Shown here in pieces: positions 17,486-26,743 of a stretch of 33,301 nucleotides of DNA (the first letter of the stretch is position 1; each line of letters opens with the position of its first letter). Origin of the DNA: ANME-2 cluster archaeon (GTDB lineage: Archaea; Halobacteriota; Methanosarcinia; Methanosarcinales; Methanocomedenaceae); NCBI GenBank assembly GCA_022353185.1, contig JAKRWB010000072.1, positions 1 to 33,301 of the forward strand, in the 5' to 3' direction. The notes under the pieces were generated by a model that saw nothing but the letters and a program-made list of their open reading frames with translations, had not been told where the DNA came from and searched no databases. The position numbers were made by a program, and so were the translations under genes.

Positions 17486-17656
17486 TTACAAGGAGATTGC
17501 ACTCGTAGGACAGGCATCGACGCATAACCCACAATCTGTGCATTCATCACTTATTACAGCGATATCGTCATCATTCATCGTGATGGCTTCCTGGGGACAT
17601 TCATCCACGCAGGTACCGCATCCAACACACTCGTCTGCATCTACTTTTGCCACCAT
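17486..17656 (-). CDS. 2x[4Fe-4S] ferredoxin (56 aa), absent from the ORF track
   Basis: My translation of the minus strand is '[56 protein letters not shown]'. It has two CxxCxxCxxxCP motifs. GGGAGA lies ~8 nt upstream of the ATG. Confidence 0.8.
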   Translation of the reverse strand: MVAKVDADECVGCGTCVDECPQEAITMNDDDIAVISDECTDCGLCVDACPTSAISL

Positions 17657-17709
17657 GTTTTAATCTCCCTGTAATATGTAAGCCGATTTAAACAGTCAGA
17701 TTAACGTAC

Positions 17710-17886
17710 TTATTCCACCGAAATTGCTTCGGTTGGACAGGCATCCACACACATTCCGCAGTCCGTACATTCATCGGCATTAACCACTGCGATGTCGTCA
17801 CTATTCATTGAAATGGCTTCAGCTGGGCATTCATCTACGCAGGTTCCGCATCCAGTGCATTCACTTACATTTACTTTTGCTACCAT
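17710..17886 (-). CDS. 2x[4Fe-4S] ferredoxin (58 aa), tandem paralogue, absent from the ORF track
   Basis: My translation is '[58 protein letters not shown]'. It has two CxxCxxCxxxCP motifs. AGGAGAG lies upstream of the ATG. Confidence 0.8.
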   Translation of the reverse strand: MVAKVNVSECTGCGTCVDECPAEAISMNSDDIAVVNADECTDCGMCVDACPTEAISVE

Positions 17887-18027
17887 ATGATATCTCTCCT
17901 TTCACATCCGGTCTATATATCCCGGTTTGAAATTACCAAATGAAGAGGTAAAATAAATACCTTACGATTGATGACCATCACCCCACTCAGAAAGGCTATT
18001 TAACTGTACTGCACATAAGTGAAGTGA

Positions 18028-19101
18028 ATGAACCAAAACCGCACACTAAAGGGCACACTCGACGGCCAGACTGTGAAACTTGATGCCAGTACCAGGGAAA
18101 CCCTCTATGACACCAGTTTCTACGGGCGGCCAATGGACAATTATCTGGAATTGACACTCATCGAGGCCGCATACCTTACCTATAAAAACCGGGTTACTGT
18201 CACCCATGAAAACGAAGACCTTGACTTCGAGGGCCTTATGTGCGAATCAAGTCGCAGGGAAGGCAACTTCGAAGTGAAATACATCGTCTACAAAGACCTG
18301 CGCGAGAGAGGTTACTTCATAAAACCCGGCGTCACTGATTTCAGGGTATATCCCCGAGGCGGCAAACCAGGCAAGACCCCATCCAAATATTTCATCCATG
18401 TACTCTCCGAGCGCCAGCCTGTGCCGTTAATAAATCTGGTGCACCACGTTAAAACCGCCGCCAACGTGCGCAAGGAACTGGTGATGGCAGTGGTGGACGA
18501 AGAAAGCGATATCACCTACTACGGAGTCAATCTGCGCAGCATGAAAGGAGATATGGGAACAGCCCACTCCGGTGCCGCCATCAGGGCCACCCTGCTGGAA
18601 GACAGGGTAATGGTCTGGGACAGTCATTCCTCGGATTTGCTGCACAAACAACATCTCTTTGGTAAACCCCTGGACGAAACAAGACTCCAGCTTTCACTGA
18701 TCGAAGCAGCATACCTCCAGGAAAAGAACATTATAGATCTCAAGGATAGCCTGGGCGAACACGTCCTGACCCAGGCTGAATTTTCAGATATGTCCACAAC
18801 CGTGGAAGCCGATTTCCCGATAAAATTGGCAGTGTACCAAAACCTGCGGGATGCGGGAATGGTAGTCAAGACCGGGTACAAGTTCGGCAACCACTTCCGG
18901 GTTTACAAGAAAGTGGAAGCCAGTGTGGGAATGAAACATTCGGAATTCCTGGTCCATGCCGTGGACAGCAACCACGTGTTCAACCTACCCCAATTGTCCC
19001 GGGCCGTTAGATTGGCAAACAGTGTGAGAAAACAGATGGTTTTTGCCTGGCAGTCGGGCGATGACATAGTATATCTGGAACTTGGCAGGATGAAGATGTA
19101 A
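18028..19101 (+). CDS. endA: tRNA-splicing endonuclease, duplicated-domain (alpha2-type) form
   Basis: 357 aa with two tandem EndA-like halves: 'YIVYKDLRERGYFIKPGVTDFRVYPRG' and 'LAVYQNLRDAGMVVKTGYKFGNHFRVYKK...HSEFLVHAV...LSRAVRLANSVRK'. The catalytic Y/H/K context is present in the second half. Confidence 0.85.
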   Translation: MNQNRTLKGTLDGQTVKLDASTRETLYDTSFYGRPMDNYLELTLIEAAYLTYKNRVTVTHENEDLDFEGLMCESSRREGNFEVKYIVYKDLRERGYFIKPGVTDFRVYPRGGKPGKTPSKYFIHVLSERQPVPLINLVHHVKTAANVRKELVMAVVDEESDITYYGVNLRSMKGDMGTAHSGAAIRATLLEDRVMVWDSHSSDLLHKQHLFGKPLDETRLQLSLIEAAYLQEKNIIDLKDSLGEHVLTQAEFSDMSTTVEADFPIKLAVYQNLRDAGMVVKTGYKFGNHFRVYKKVEASVGMKHSEFLVHAVDSNHVFNLPQLSRAVRLANSVRKQMVFAWQSGDDIVYLELGRMKM

Positions 19102-19162
19102 GAACTTCCCCTGCTACTTTTCTACCAATACAACCCTGCTAAACATTGCCACCCTGCTATCA

Positions 19163-20209
19163 TTATTGCCCTTGTCCCACTTTCTTTTTGAACATCTCGA
19201 CCAGCCCGAAACAGCCTGTCAACATCATATCCCCATGCGGAGCTGCAAATTCCACATCCAGACATGAACCTGACATGATATTCCGGTTCGGCCCGGTAAC
19301 TATCACAGACATGATATTCCCAAAACCCACCGCTTCCTGGATATGACAACCGTGCCCACCGTCATTGAATACCTCATCAAAATCCAGTTCACCATCACAT
19401 AACCGTCTGATAAGGTCATCCAGTTTTGGTGCATCCACTGACCTGGTATGATGCTCGAACAAAGCCAGCATCCTGTTCCCGTCCACCACAGCAGCCAGGG
19501 TATGCCCGTTGCCGATGTTCACCACAGCCACAGGGCCGTCAGGGCTGCCATCCAGCGCCCCGCAAATGGCGGCAGGTCCCGTATCCATGAGCAGTACATT
19601 GTTCCCGTGCTGTTTCAAAGTCCCCATCACAGCCTGCATCCTGGAAAGGTGTAGTGGCACCCGGTTCAAATGTGCGAACCGCTCCAGTTCACCGCCCTGT
19701 TCCAGCAATTCCCTGAAATACCGGAACCTGAACACCCGGTTGCTCATATCAGGAGCTTCGCCGTGGTCCTGTACTGCCACTGCAAAGTCCCGGGGCAGTT
19801 GACTCTCGAATAGTTCCAGCGCTTTGCCAAGGGCACTGGTATCCACATCACACATATCAATATGCTCTACCCCCTCCGGTACTGTGTCCTCCTCACCCAC
19901 CAGCATAACACCCATTTGTGCCACATTCTCGAGGTTATCGTGCAGGGTCAGCGCCGCCGGCTCTTCGGCATAGACTTTCAACCCTGCCCTGATATGTTCA
20001 CGCACAGCTTTACCTGAGGGACCGCCCCCCATGGTAGTACCTGTCAAGAACACATCGTGCCCTGCATTTGTTGCACGGCTGATACGCCGGGCAATGATCT
20101 GTGTCTGGGATGGCAGCACCATTTTGATATTATTCTCTATGTGCTGTGCATCGTCGTACAGTAGTATGTCCTGTGTGCCCATTCCCACGTCAATAGCCAT
20201 TATCTGCAT
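19163..20209 (-). CDS. DUF1786-like (ASKHA-fold, 'pyruvate formate-lyase activating enzyme-like') protein
   Basis: 'MAIDVGMGTQDILLYD' phosphate-1-like motif and 'VVNIGNGHTLAA'. I trimmed the 389-aa track ORF to ATG 20209 (or 20200), because the extension overlaps the moaB promoter and start region. Confidence 0.6.
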   Translation of the reverse strand: MQIMAIDVGMGTQDILLYDDAQHIENNIKMVLPSQTQIIARRISRATNAGHDVFLTGTTMGGGPSGKAVREHIRAGLKVYAEEPAALTLHDNLENVAQMGVMLVGEEDTVPEGVEHIDMCDVDTSALGKALELFESQLPRDFAVAVQDHGEAPDMSNRVFRFRYFRELLEQGGELERFAHLNRVPLHLSRMQAVMGTLKQHGNNVLLMDTGPAAICGALDGSPDGPVAVVNIGNGHTLAAVVDGNRMLALFEHHTRSVDAPKLDDLIRRLCDGELDFDEVFNDGGHGCHIQEAVGFGNIMSVIVTGPNRNIMSGSCLDVEFAAPHGDMMLTGCFGLVEMFKKKVGQGQ

Positions 20210-20273
20210 AGAATAGATTAATTCATATAATCCATAGCACATAAATCTCTTCATGCCCAGGGACGATACGCCT

Positions 20274-20789
20274 ATGCTGCACAAACAAAATGCTCCTAAA
20301 ATAGTAAAATTCGCAATCATCACAGTGAGCACATCCAGGTATGAAACCTACGGCAGTGTACCTACCCCCAAGCAAGCTGATGACATATCAGGGACGGTCA
20401 TGATGGACCTTATTTCGGGTTCAGGCTTTGAGGTTGTGTCATATTCACTGCTGCCTGATAATGAAGCCTTGATTACCGGTAAGGTTCGGGAACTTATGGG
20501 CTTAGACATAAATGCTATCGTCATCAGTGGCGGCACAGGCCTTGCACCTGAAGACGTGACACTGGAAGCAGTGGAACCACTTTTTGACAAAACGATTCCC
20601 GGGTTTGGTGAACTGTTCAGGATGAAAAGCCTGGAAGATGTAGGCACTGCTGCCATACTTTCCAGGGCTTCTGCGGGAATTGTGGGTAGATGTGCGGTAT
20701 TTTGTCTGCCCGGCTCACCTGCAGCGGTCGAACTTGCTTTAAACGAACTGATTATTCCAGAAGCAGCCCACATTGTAAAGCACATATAA
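20274..20789 (+). CDS. moaB: molybdenum cofactor biosynthesis protein B (MogA/MoaB family)
   Basis: 'FAIITVSTSR', 'VISGGTGLAPEDVT', 'IPGFGELFR', 'FCLPGSPAAV'. ATG 20274 is preferred over 20253, which overlaps the divergent gene's extended ORF. Confidence 0.8.
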   Translation: MLHKQNAPKIVKFAIITVSTSRYETYGSVPTPKQADDISGTVMMDLISGSGFEVVSYSLLPDNEALITGKVRELMGLDINAIVISGGTGLAPEDVTLEAVEPLFDKTIPGFGELFRMKSLEDVGTAAILSRASAGIVGRCAVFCLPGSPAAVELALNELIIPEAAHIVKHI

Positions 20790-20871
20790 CAAATGCCAAC
20801 ACAGTATGGTTTGTCGATACTTAATCGAAAACTTTATCGTATAATGTAATCTACATTTATGCAGATTGTAA

Positions 20872-21726
20872 TTGATTTTAGGATTAGTGATGTGGAACTA
20901 TATCCTGAAAAAGGGAATGATACGTATGCAAGGAAATCCAAACACTGAAAATAACATAGTAGGAAAACGATATACAATAAGGGACAGGGTGGCACACCAG
21001 AGCCACATGATAACTTGTGTACTGTTGGTAATTACAGGACTATATATGGCAATACAGTTCAATGCCTGTTCCCTGGGAGCATGGACCTTGATGTCGTATC
21101 AAAACCTGCGTCTGATTCATGTGGTTGCAGGTATCCTGTTCCTGCTGATTAACTGGACACTGATACCGTTCAACTTGGTTACCAGCGGTCACATGTTGCA
21201 ATATATCTTCAGCCCGAAAGATGTTGTCAGGCTCAAGCAGGCTATTGTGAGCTTAATAACAGGGTCGGAATATCCTAAATATACCATATTCAATAAAACA
21301 ACTGGACATTATGAAAATAAACTCCATCCAGCCTATAAACTTATGGTGATATTTGAAGGGATGGCCATTGTTTTTATTGGCCTGTCAGGTATCATCATGA
21401 TAGACCTGAAATTTGGATTTGTGAATTTTGATATCGCTATATGGAATAATCTCATGGCCTGGTTGGTAGGGGATATTGCAGGTAGTGTGGCGGTATTTAT
21501 CGGTATGACTGGCGTAGAATTAATCCGGACGATACACCTGTGGGCCACATACTGGTTTGTGCTAGAGTTCATAATTCATCTTGGATTTTTAGGAGTCGAC
21601 CCAAGGATGACTCAATACATAAAAGCCTTATTCCTAACAGGAAATGAGACTATGAATGAGTACACAGAAATTGTTGAGGGTGCCCATGAACATAAGAAGA
21701 AAAAGCCGCTGTTTGTGTTCAAATAA
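20872..21726 (+). CDS. b-type cytochrome membrane subunit (FdnI/HyaC-like)
   Basis: 'KRYTIRDRVAHQSHMITCVLLVITGLYM' resembles the R..R..HW...TG start of the Ni_hydr_CYTB family. There are further TM helices with conserved His ('RLIHVVAGILFLL', 'IRTIHLWATYWFVLEFIIHLGF'). Start is uncertain (TTG 20872; ATG 20890, 20917, 20926). Confidence 0.6.
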   Translation: MILGLVMWNYILKKGMIRMQGNPNTENNIVGKRYTIRDRVAHQSHMITCVLLVITGLYMAIQFNACSLGAWTLMSYQNLRLIHVVAGILFLLINWTLIPFNLVTSGHMLQYIFSPKDVVRLKQAIVSLITGSEYPKYTIFNKTTGHYENKLHPAYKLMVIFEGMAIVFIGLSGIIMIDLKFGFVNFDIAIWNNLMAWLVGDIAGSVAVFIGMTGVELIRTIHLWATYWFVLEFIIHLGFLGVDPRMTQYIKALFLTGNETMNEYTEIVEGAHEHKKKKPLFVFK

Positions 21727-21860
21727 ACGCATGACAATTAAAACAAGCACTAATGTACCATTATGATGTGATTAAATAGAAAACTAATAATATCAGAAGG
21801 TAGAAGAGATTTAAAAAATTGAAAACGTACCTAACATATTTATATCGAGGAGGATTTCAT

Positions 21861-22799
21861 TTGAAGCTAATCAATTGTTTGCTATTATTAATAGTAATAT
21901 CCACAATGGTGGGAGTGGTTCAAGCAGAGGAACTACAGTATGATACAGTAACTAAAATGGCTGAAGACTCTGACTGTGCGGCCTGCCACGATCCGGACCC
22001 ACACAAGATACATGCAACTACATCAGCCACATGCCAGCAGTGTCACGGTGCAACATTGACCGACCGTCGACCTGAGTGTAACAAATGCCACTCAGGCACT
22101 ATACACAATGTACATATTAAGAAGGTGCAAACCGAGGATTGCTCTTACTGCCATACAGGACTTGAGAGTTTACATTCGGACATGATTTCAAATACACTTT
22201 GTTCCCATTGCCATGATGACCTGCTAGATGTTCACGGCGGAGGTTCAGAATCTTGTGACGCGTGTCATTTTAAAGCATCAGAAATTGTTTCACCAGTTAC
22301 AGCTGTTTCCGATGTAATTGTCTGCCAGAACTGCCACGTCTCAGCAGATGTTGCAGTGCTTCATGGCGAGGCATCGAATGTGAGCTCATGTTACCTATGC
22401 CACAGACCTGGTGCCAGTGAGGTAGAGTCACTCAGTGAGATACCCCATTTCCTGCATGTTCCTAAAGTGGAATGTAGCAGTTGTCATCTAAGCCAGGATA
22501 CAGGTAAGATTTACTTACCGGCATGTACCCAGTGCCACATTGTGGAGAATCTGCATGGGTATAACACCATAGCTCTCAAAACATCAGCTACAGGATTGGA
22601 TTGTTCGGTTTGTCATCCTATGTTAAGTTCTGATGACGGTGATGCAACTTCAACCCCATCAACTCCTGGCGCTGTGAAACCTACTGAAGATATTGCCAAT
22701 GGTGATGGAGATGGAAGTTCTGGAATTCCAGGTTTCGGAATCCTGACAGCATTGACAGCACTGACCGTATTATACGTGATAAATAGAAACAGGAATTAA
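21861..22799 (+). CDS. 11-heme c-type cytochrome with signal peptide and PGF-CTERM archaeal sorting signal
   Basis: Eleven CxxCH motifs: CAACH, CQQCH, CNKCH, CSYCH, CSHCH, CDACH, CQNCH, CYLCH, CSSCH, CTQCH, CSVCH. The C-terminal 'SSGIPGFGILTALTALTVLYVINRNRN' is a PGF motif plus TM plus basic tail. TTG 21861 lies 7 nt after GGAGG (21849-21853) and gives signal peptide 'KLINCLLLLIVISTMVGVVQA/EE'. The track start is TTG 21819. Confidence 0.85.
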   Translation: MKLINCLLLLIVISTMVGVVQAEELQYDTVTKMAEDSDCAACHDPDPHKIHATTSATCQQCHGATLTDRRPECNKCHSGTIHNVHIKKVQTEDCSYCHTGLESLHSDMISNTLCSHCHDDLLDVHGGGSESCDACHFKASEIVSPVTAVSDVIVCQNCHVSADVAVLHGEASNVSSCYLCHRPGASEVESLSEIPHFLHVPKVECSSCHLSQDTGKIYLPACTQCHIVENLHGYNTIALKTSATGLDCSVCHPMLSSDDGDATSTPSTPGAVKPTEDIANGDGDGSSGIPGFGILTALTALTVLYVINRNRN

Positions 22800-22812
22800 A
22801 TATTTCAAAACC

Positions 22813-22871
22813 GGGAGATAGTCCTGCTATCTTCCTTTCTTCCTTTCTTCCTTTCTTTCTTTCTTTTTTTT
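22813..22871 (+). terminator. hairpin followed by a long polypyrimidine/oligo-T tract
   Basis: 9-bp stem gggagatag-tcctg-ctatcttcc (22813-22835, one G-U pair), then (ttcctttc)x3, a run of tttc units and T9 up to 22871. It sits between the convergent cytochrome and PHP genes. Confidence 0.4.
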
Positions 22872-22879
22872 ATATTTAC

Positions 22880-23539
22880 TTATAACAGGTTCAGTGCCCT
22901 TCTTTTGGCTCCGATACATGCCTGCTGGAATTGTACAATAAGTGGTGTCCGGGTACCGTGAACAGTGGTATTTCCTGAAATTATTGCCTTGAATATAGCA
23001 TCAACTGACGGTTCTGAGTCGATCTCAGAATATGCCCTGCCCACCATTTTAACGAAATGAGCATCGCTGTTGCCCAGCATTGGCAGCTCAAGTTCTTCTG
23101 CCATCCGTACAGCAAGGGTATTGAACCTGCCCAGTATATATCGGGAGTTCAGTGTTTCGATGGCATCCACATCCAGGTCAGAAACATCACCCAGACTTTT
23201 CGGGTAACCTTTGAAAGGATGAGGGGCCACTATCAGGCAGTCCTGTGCCCGGGCTAGCTTGATTATATCCAGTGGGTCTTTGTTTTTAGGGAACCCATCA
23301 TTGTTGCCCAGCACCAGCAAGTGACCCCGGGTGGTGGTTACTTCAACTCCAGGAACCACCACCAAATCAATGTCATGTTCTTTGACTATACGCTGTGCTT
23401 CCAGAGAGCCCTCGATAGTATCATGGTCGCATATTGCAATACCGTCCAGGCCGATACTGCATGCCTGCTTCAAAATAGATTCAACAGGTGAGGCGCAGTC
23501 TTTGGAATAACAGGAATGGATATGTAGATCAATCCGCAT
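22880..23539 (-). CDS. PHP-domain metal-dependent phosphoesterase
   Basis: 'MRIDLHIHSCYSKDC', 'AICDHDT', 'APHPF', 'GNSDAH' are PHP motifs. Confidence 0.75.
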   Translation of the reverse strand: MRIDLHIHSCYSKDCASPVESILKQACSIGLDGIAICDHDTIEGSLEAQRIVKEHDIDLVVVPGVEVTTTRGHLLVLGNNDGFPKNKDPLDIIKLARAQDCLIVAPHPFKGYPKSLGDVSDLDVDAIETLNSRYILGRFNTLAVRMAEELELPMLGNSDAHFVKMVGRAYSEIDSEPSVDAIFKAIISGNTTVHGTRTPLIVQFQQACIGAKRRALNLL

Positions 23540-23716
23540 TGGACCTTTGTTATGTTAGAAGTGTTAAAAAAGATTTCGAACATTACCTTTTTGTTCATTC
23601 AACCCCTCAAGTCCTATAACCCATCATAAGTCATAAATAATAATTAAACAATTACGAATCAAATCCCATCAACGGGTAATAATAATACATTTTATGCTAT
23701 TTGGAGGAAGCTTTAC

Positions 23717-24262
23717 TTGAAAGAAATACGTATCCACGGCCGCGGTGGACAAGGTTCTGTCACGGCAGCAGAACTGCTGGCAGTGGCCGCATTTGAAGAT
23801 GGAAAATATTCCCAGGCATTCCCTGCTTTTGGGGTTGAGCGAAGAGGTGCTCCCGTAATGGCTTTTACAAGAATCAATGACAAGCCCGTCAGGCTTCGCA
23901 GCCAAATATACGAACCTGATTATGTAATCGTACAGGACCCAACGCTCATCGAAGTGGTAGACGTGGCCTCGGGTGCCAAACCTGAAGGTAAGATATTGAT
24001 AAACACTGAATTTTCACCTGATACCTTCGACCTTGACACAGAGGCAGAAGTCATAACAATAGATGCAACCAGAATCGCCCTTGACATTATCGGGCGCCCT
24101 ATTGTCAATACCATACTGCTGGGTGCTTTTGCCGGTGCAACAGGTGAGATCAAAGTTGAAAGCATCCAGAAGGCTGTGGTTAAACGCTTCCCCGGAAAAG
24201 TGGGCGAAAAGAACTCCCAGGCCGTGCTTGAAGCTTATAAACGCATGGAGGCGGAACAATGA
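23717..24262 (+). CDS. porG: pyruvate:ferredoxin oxidoreductase, gamma subunit
   Basis: '[19 protein letters not shown]...[13 protein letters not shown]'. TTG start preceded by GGAGG (23704-23708). First gene of a four-gene overlapping operon. Confidence 0.85.
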   Translation: MKEIRIHGRGGQGSVTAAELLAVAAFEDGKYSQAFPAFGVERRGAPVMAFTRINDKPVRLRSQIYEPDYVIVQDPTLIEVVDVASGAKPEGKILINTEFSPDTFDLDTEAEVITIDATRIALDIIGRPIVNTILLGAFAGATGEIKVESIQKAVVKRFPGKVGEKNSQAVLEAYKRMEAEQ

Positions 24263-24519
24263 AAATCACTATTGGTGGTGCGGTCGAGCCAGGTTCTACC
24301 AGGGTCAACAAAACTGGGGGATGGAGGAATTTCAGGCCCCTGTACCATAAGGACAAGTGTATCAAATGCGGGGTATGTTCCATGTTGTGCCCGGACAGCA
24401 GTGTCATTGAGCAGGAAGACAGGTATGTTGTTTTTGATTATGATTTCTGCAAAGGCTGCGGCATCTGTGCCAATGAATGTCCCAAGAATGCAATAGAAAT
24501 GGTGCTGGAGGAGAAATAA
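24259..24519 (+). CDS. porD: pyruvate:ferredoxin oxidoreductase, delta subunit
   Basis: 86 aa. '[12 protein letters not shown]' and '[12 protein letters not shown]'. ATGA overlap with porG. Confidence 0.85.
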   Translation: MKITIGGAVEPGSTRVNKTGGWRNFRPLYHKDKCIKCGVCSMLCPDSSVIEQEDRYVVFDYDFCKGCGICANECPKNAIEMVLEEK

Positions 24520-24520
24520 T

Positions 24521-25714
24521 ATGTCTGGAAAAATGACAGTGGTAGAAGGTTCCTATGCGGTGGCACATTCTGTAAAGGTTTGCAGGCCCAATGTTATATC
24601 TGCATATCCCATCACACCACAAACACATATCGTGGAGGACCTGTCCCAGTTCATGGCTGACGGTGAGATTCCTAATTGTGAATATATTAATGTAGAGAGT
24701 GAGTTCTCTGCTATTTCTACCCTGGTGGGTGCCAGTGCCGTGGGCGCCAGAACGTATTCTTCCACCACATCCCAGGGACTGGAACTGATGCACGAGGTAC
24801 TGTTCAATGCTTCAGGTATGCGGCTGCCGATTGTCATGACGACTGTAAACCGTGCAGTAAGCGCGCCCATCAATATCTGGAATGACCATCAGGACAGCAT
24901 CTCCCAGCGCGATACTGGCTGGATACAGTTATATGCAGAAGACATCCAGGAAATCGGCGATATGACTGCACAGGCATTCAAGGTGGCAGAGGATAAGGAT
25001 GTTATGTTGCCAGCTATGGTCTGCATGGACGGTTTCATTTTATCCCACGTATATGAACCTGTGATATTGCTGGAGCAGGATCTGACAGACGAGTTCCTGC
25101 CTACTTATAAGCCAGAGCAGGTGCTTGATCCCCGCAACCCCAAGACCTTTGGCGCTTTTGCTGACCCATCCACTTATACTGAATTCAGATACCTGCAGCA
25201 AAAAGGAATGGATGCGGCCCTGGAGAAGATCGAGAAAGCTGCAGATGATTTCAACAAGATATTCGGTCGCTACTATGGCGGGCTTATTGACACTTATGAG
25301 GCAGAAGATGCCGAAATCCTGCTCATGGCCATGGGTTCCGTTGTCGGTACCATCAAGGACGTGATAGACCGTGCCCGTAGCGAAGGTGTCAAGGTCGGAC
25401 TGGTCAAGGTCAGGACATTCAGGCCCTTCCCTGTAGATGCCATCCGTAAGGCTGTGAGTGATACCGCTGTTATCGTGACGCTGGACAAGAACATCTCAAT
25501 CGGGCTTAACGAAGGCGCATTGTTCACTGAAGTGAAATCATGCCTGTACAATACAGATATTAATACACCTGTCATCGGCTTCATGCTGGGACACGGCGGC
25601 CGTGACATTCCAAAGAAAAATATCAGGATGATAATTGACAAGGCAAAACAGGTGATACGTTCAGGCGTTACGGTTGAGAGTGAATATGCCGATTTACGAG
25701 GTGAACTTTTATGA
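24521..25714 (+). CDS. porA: pyruvate:ferredoxin oxidoreductase, alpha subunit
   Basis: 397 aa. '[26 protein letters not shown]', typical 2-oxoacid:ferredoxin oxidoreductase alpha. Pyruvate versus another 2-oxoacid cannot be distinguished from sequence alone. Confidence 0.85.
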   Translation: MSGKMTVVEGSYAVAHSVKVCRPNVISAYPITPQTHIVEDLSQFMADGEIPNCEYINVESEFSAISTLVGASAVGARTYSSTTSQGLELMHEVLFNASGMRLPIVMTTVNRAVSAPINIWNDHQDSISQRDTGWIQLYAEDIQEIGDMTAQAFKVAEDKDVMLPAMVCMDGFILSHVYEPVILLEQDLTDEFLPTYKPEQVLDPRNPKTFGAFADPSTYTEFRYLQQKGMDAALEKIEKAADDFNKIFGRYYGGLIDTYEAEDAEILLMAMGSVVGTIKDVIDRARSEGVKVGLVKVRTFRPFPVDAIRKAVSDTAVIVTLDKNISIGLNEGALFTEVKSCLYNTDINTPVIGFMLGHGGRDIPKKNIRMIIDKAKQVIRSGVTVESEYADLRGELL

Positions 25715-26583
25715 GCAGACTTGCACCCGGACACAGGGGATGTGCGGGATGTTGTGATGCCATGGCAGCTAATTTTGTGCTGGAAGCAGTAGGCGACGAT
25801 GTCATAGTGATAAATCCCACCGGCTGTCTGGAAGTAATGACCACACCATATCCCGAATCAGCATGGGAAGTGCCCTGGATACATTCTTTGTTCGAGAATA
25901 CCGCAGCAGTGGCTTCTGGTATTGAGGCAGCCCTGCGGGCACTCGGACGTAAAGGTGATACAAAAGTCATAGCAATGGGTGGCGACGGTGCTACAGTGGA
26001 TATCGGTATGGGGGCAATATCAGGCGCTTTCGAGCGCGGTGACGATATCACCTATGTATGTATCGATAATGAGGCCTACATGAACACGGGTGTGCAGCGC
26101 AGTGGAGCCACTCCATTTAATGCTTCAACCTCCACCACCCCGCCTGGCAGTCAGAGTTTCGGCAATCCCAGGCCTAAAAAGAACATGCCCGCCATTATGG
26201 CAGCACACGGTTCGCCCTATGTAGCTACTACATCCATTTCCTATCCAAAGGACATGATGCGCAAGGTCAAAAAGGCCGTTGACATTGAAGGCCCTACTTA
26301 CATTCATGCCCATGCGCCCTGCACCACAGGTTGGAGGTTTGATACTTCTAAGACAGTGGAGATTGGCAGACTGGCAGTTGAAACTGCTCTATGGCCCATG
26401 TACGAGCAGGAAGACGGTGAGATAACCAAGGTCAGGAAAGTGAAACAGCCAAAGCCTGTAGAAGAATACCTGAAAGCACAGGGTAGGTTCAAGCACCTGT
26501 TCACCATGGAAGGCGGGGATGAAGCGATAGCAAAGATACAGGCTATTGCTGAATGGAATATCAAGCATTATGGTCTGGAATAG
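25711..26583 (+). CDS. porB: pyruvate:ferredoxin oxidoreductase, beta (TPP-binding) subunit
   Basis: 'GHRGCAGC', '[17 protein letters not shown]', '[13 protein letters not shown]'. ATGA overlap with porA. Confidence 0.85.
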   Translation: MSRLAPGHRGCAGCCDAMAANFVLEAVGDDVIVINPTGCLEVMTTPYPESAWEVPWIHSLFENTAAVASGIEAALRALGRKGDTKVIAMGGDGATVDIGMGAISGAFERGDDITYVCIDNEAYMNTGVQRSGATPFNASTSTTPPGSQSFGNPRPKKNMPAIMAAHGSPYVATTSISYPKDMMRKVKKAVDIEGPTYIHAHAPCTTGWRFDTSKTVEIGRLAVETALWPMYEQEDGEITKVRKVKQPKPVEEYLKAQGRFKHLFTMEGGDEAIAKIQAIAEWNIKHYGLE

Positions 26584-26627
26584 CGGAGTAGAGCCTGATT
26601 AATCCGAATAAAATACTAAAATAATGA

Positions 26628-26686
26628 AGGCAAAAGTCGGGTTATGAACGGGATATGAGGGGATAAACTCTACTCGACTTTTGCCT
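26628..26686. other. 12-bp perfect inverted repeat with a 35-nt loop between convergent porB and the marker-8-like gene
   Basis: aggcaaaagtcg (26628-26639) pairs with cgacttttgcct (26675-26686). An overlapping alternative pairing is gagtagag (26586-26593) with ctctactc (26668-26675). Confidence 0.3.
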
Positions 26687-26743
26687 AATTTGCATTATTC
26701 TACATTATAGTTTATTAACTTTTCTTTTTGACCATATTTTTAC

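Noticed and set aside
20210-20332. N-terminal 41-codon extension of the DUF1786 ORF, and the 20253 start of moaB
   Set aside because: The two extended ORFs would overlap head-to-head. The conserved N-terminus 'MAIDVGMGTQD' starts at ATG 20209/20200 and the moaB fold starts just after ATG 20274, leaving a normal ~64-bp divergent promoter.
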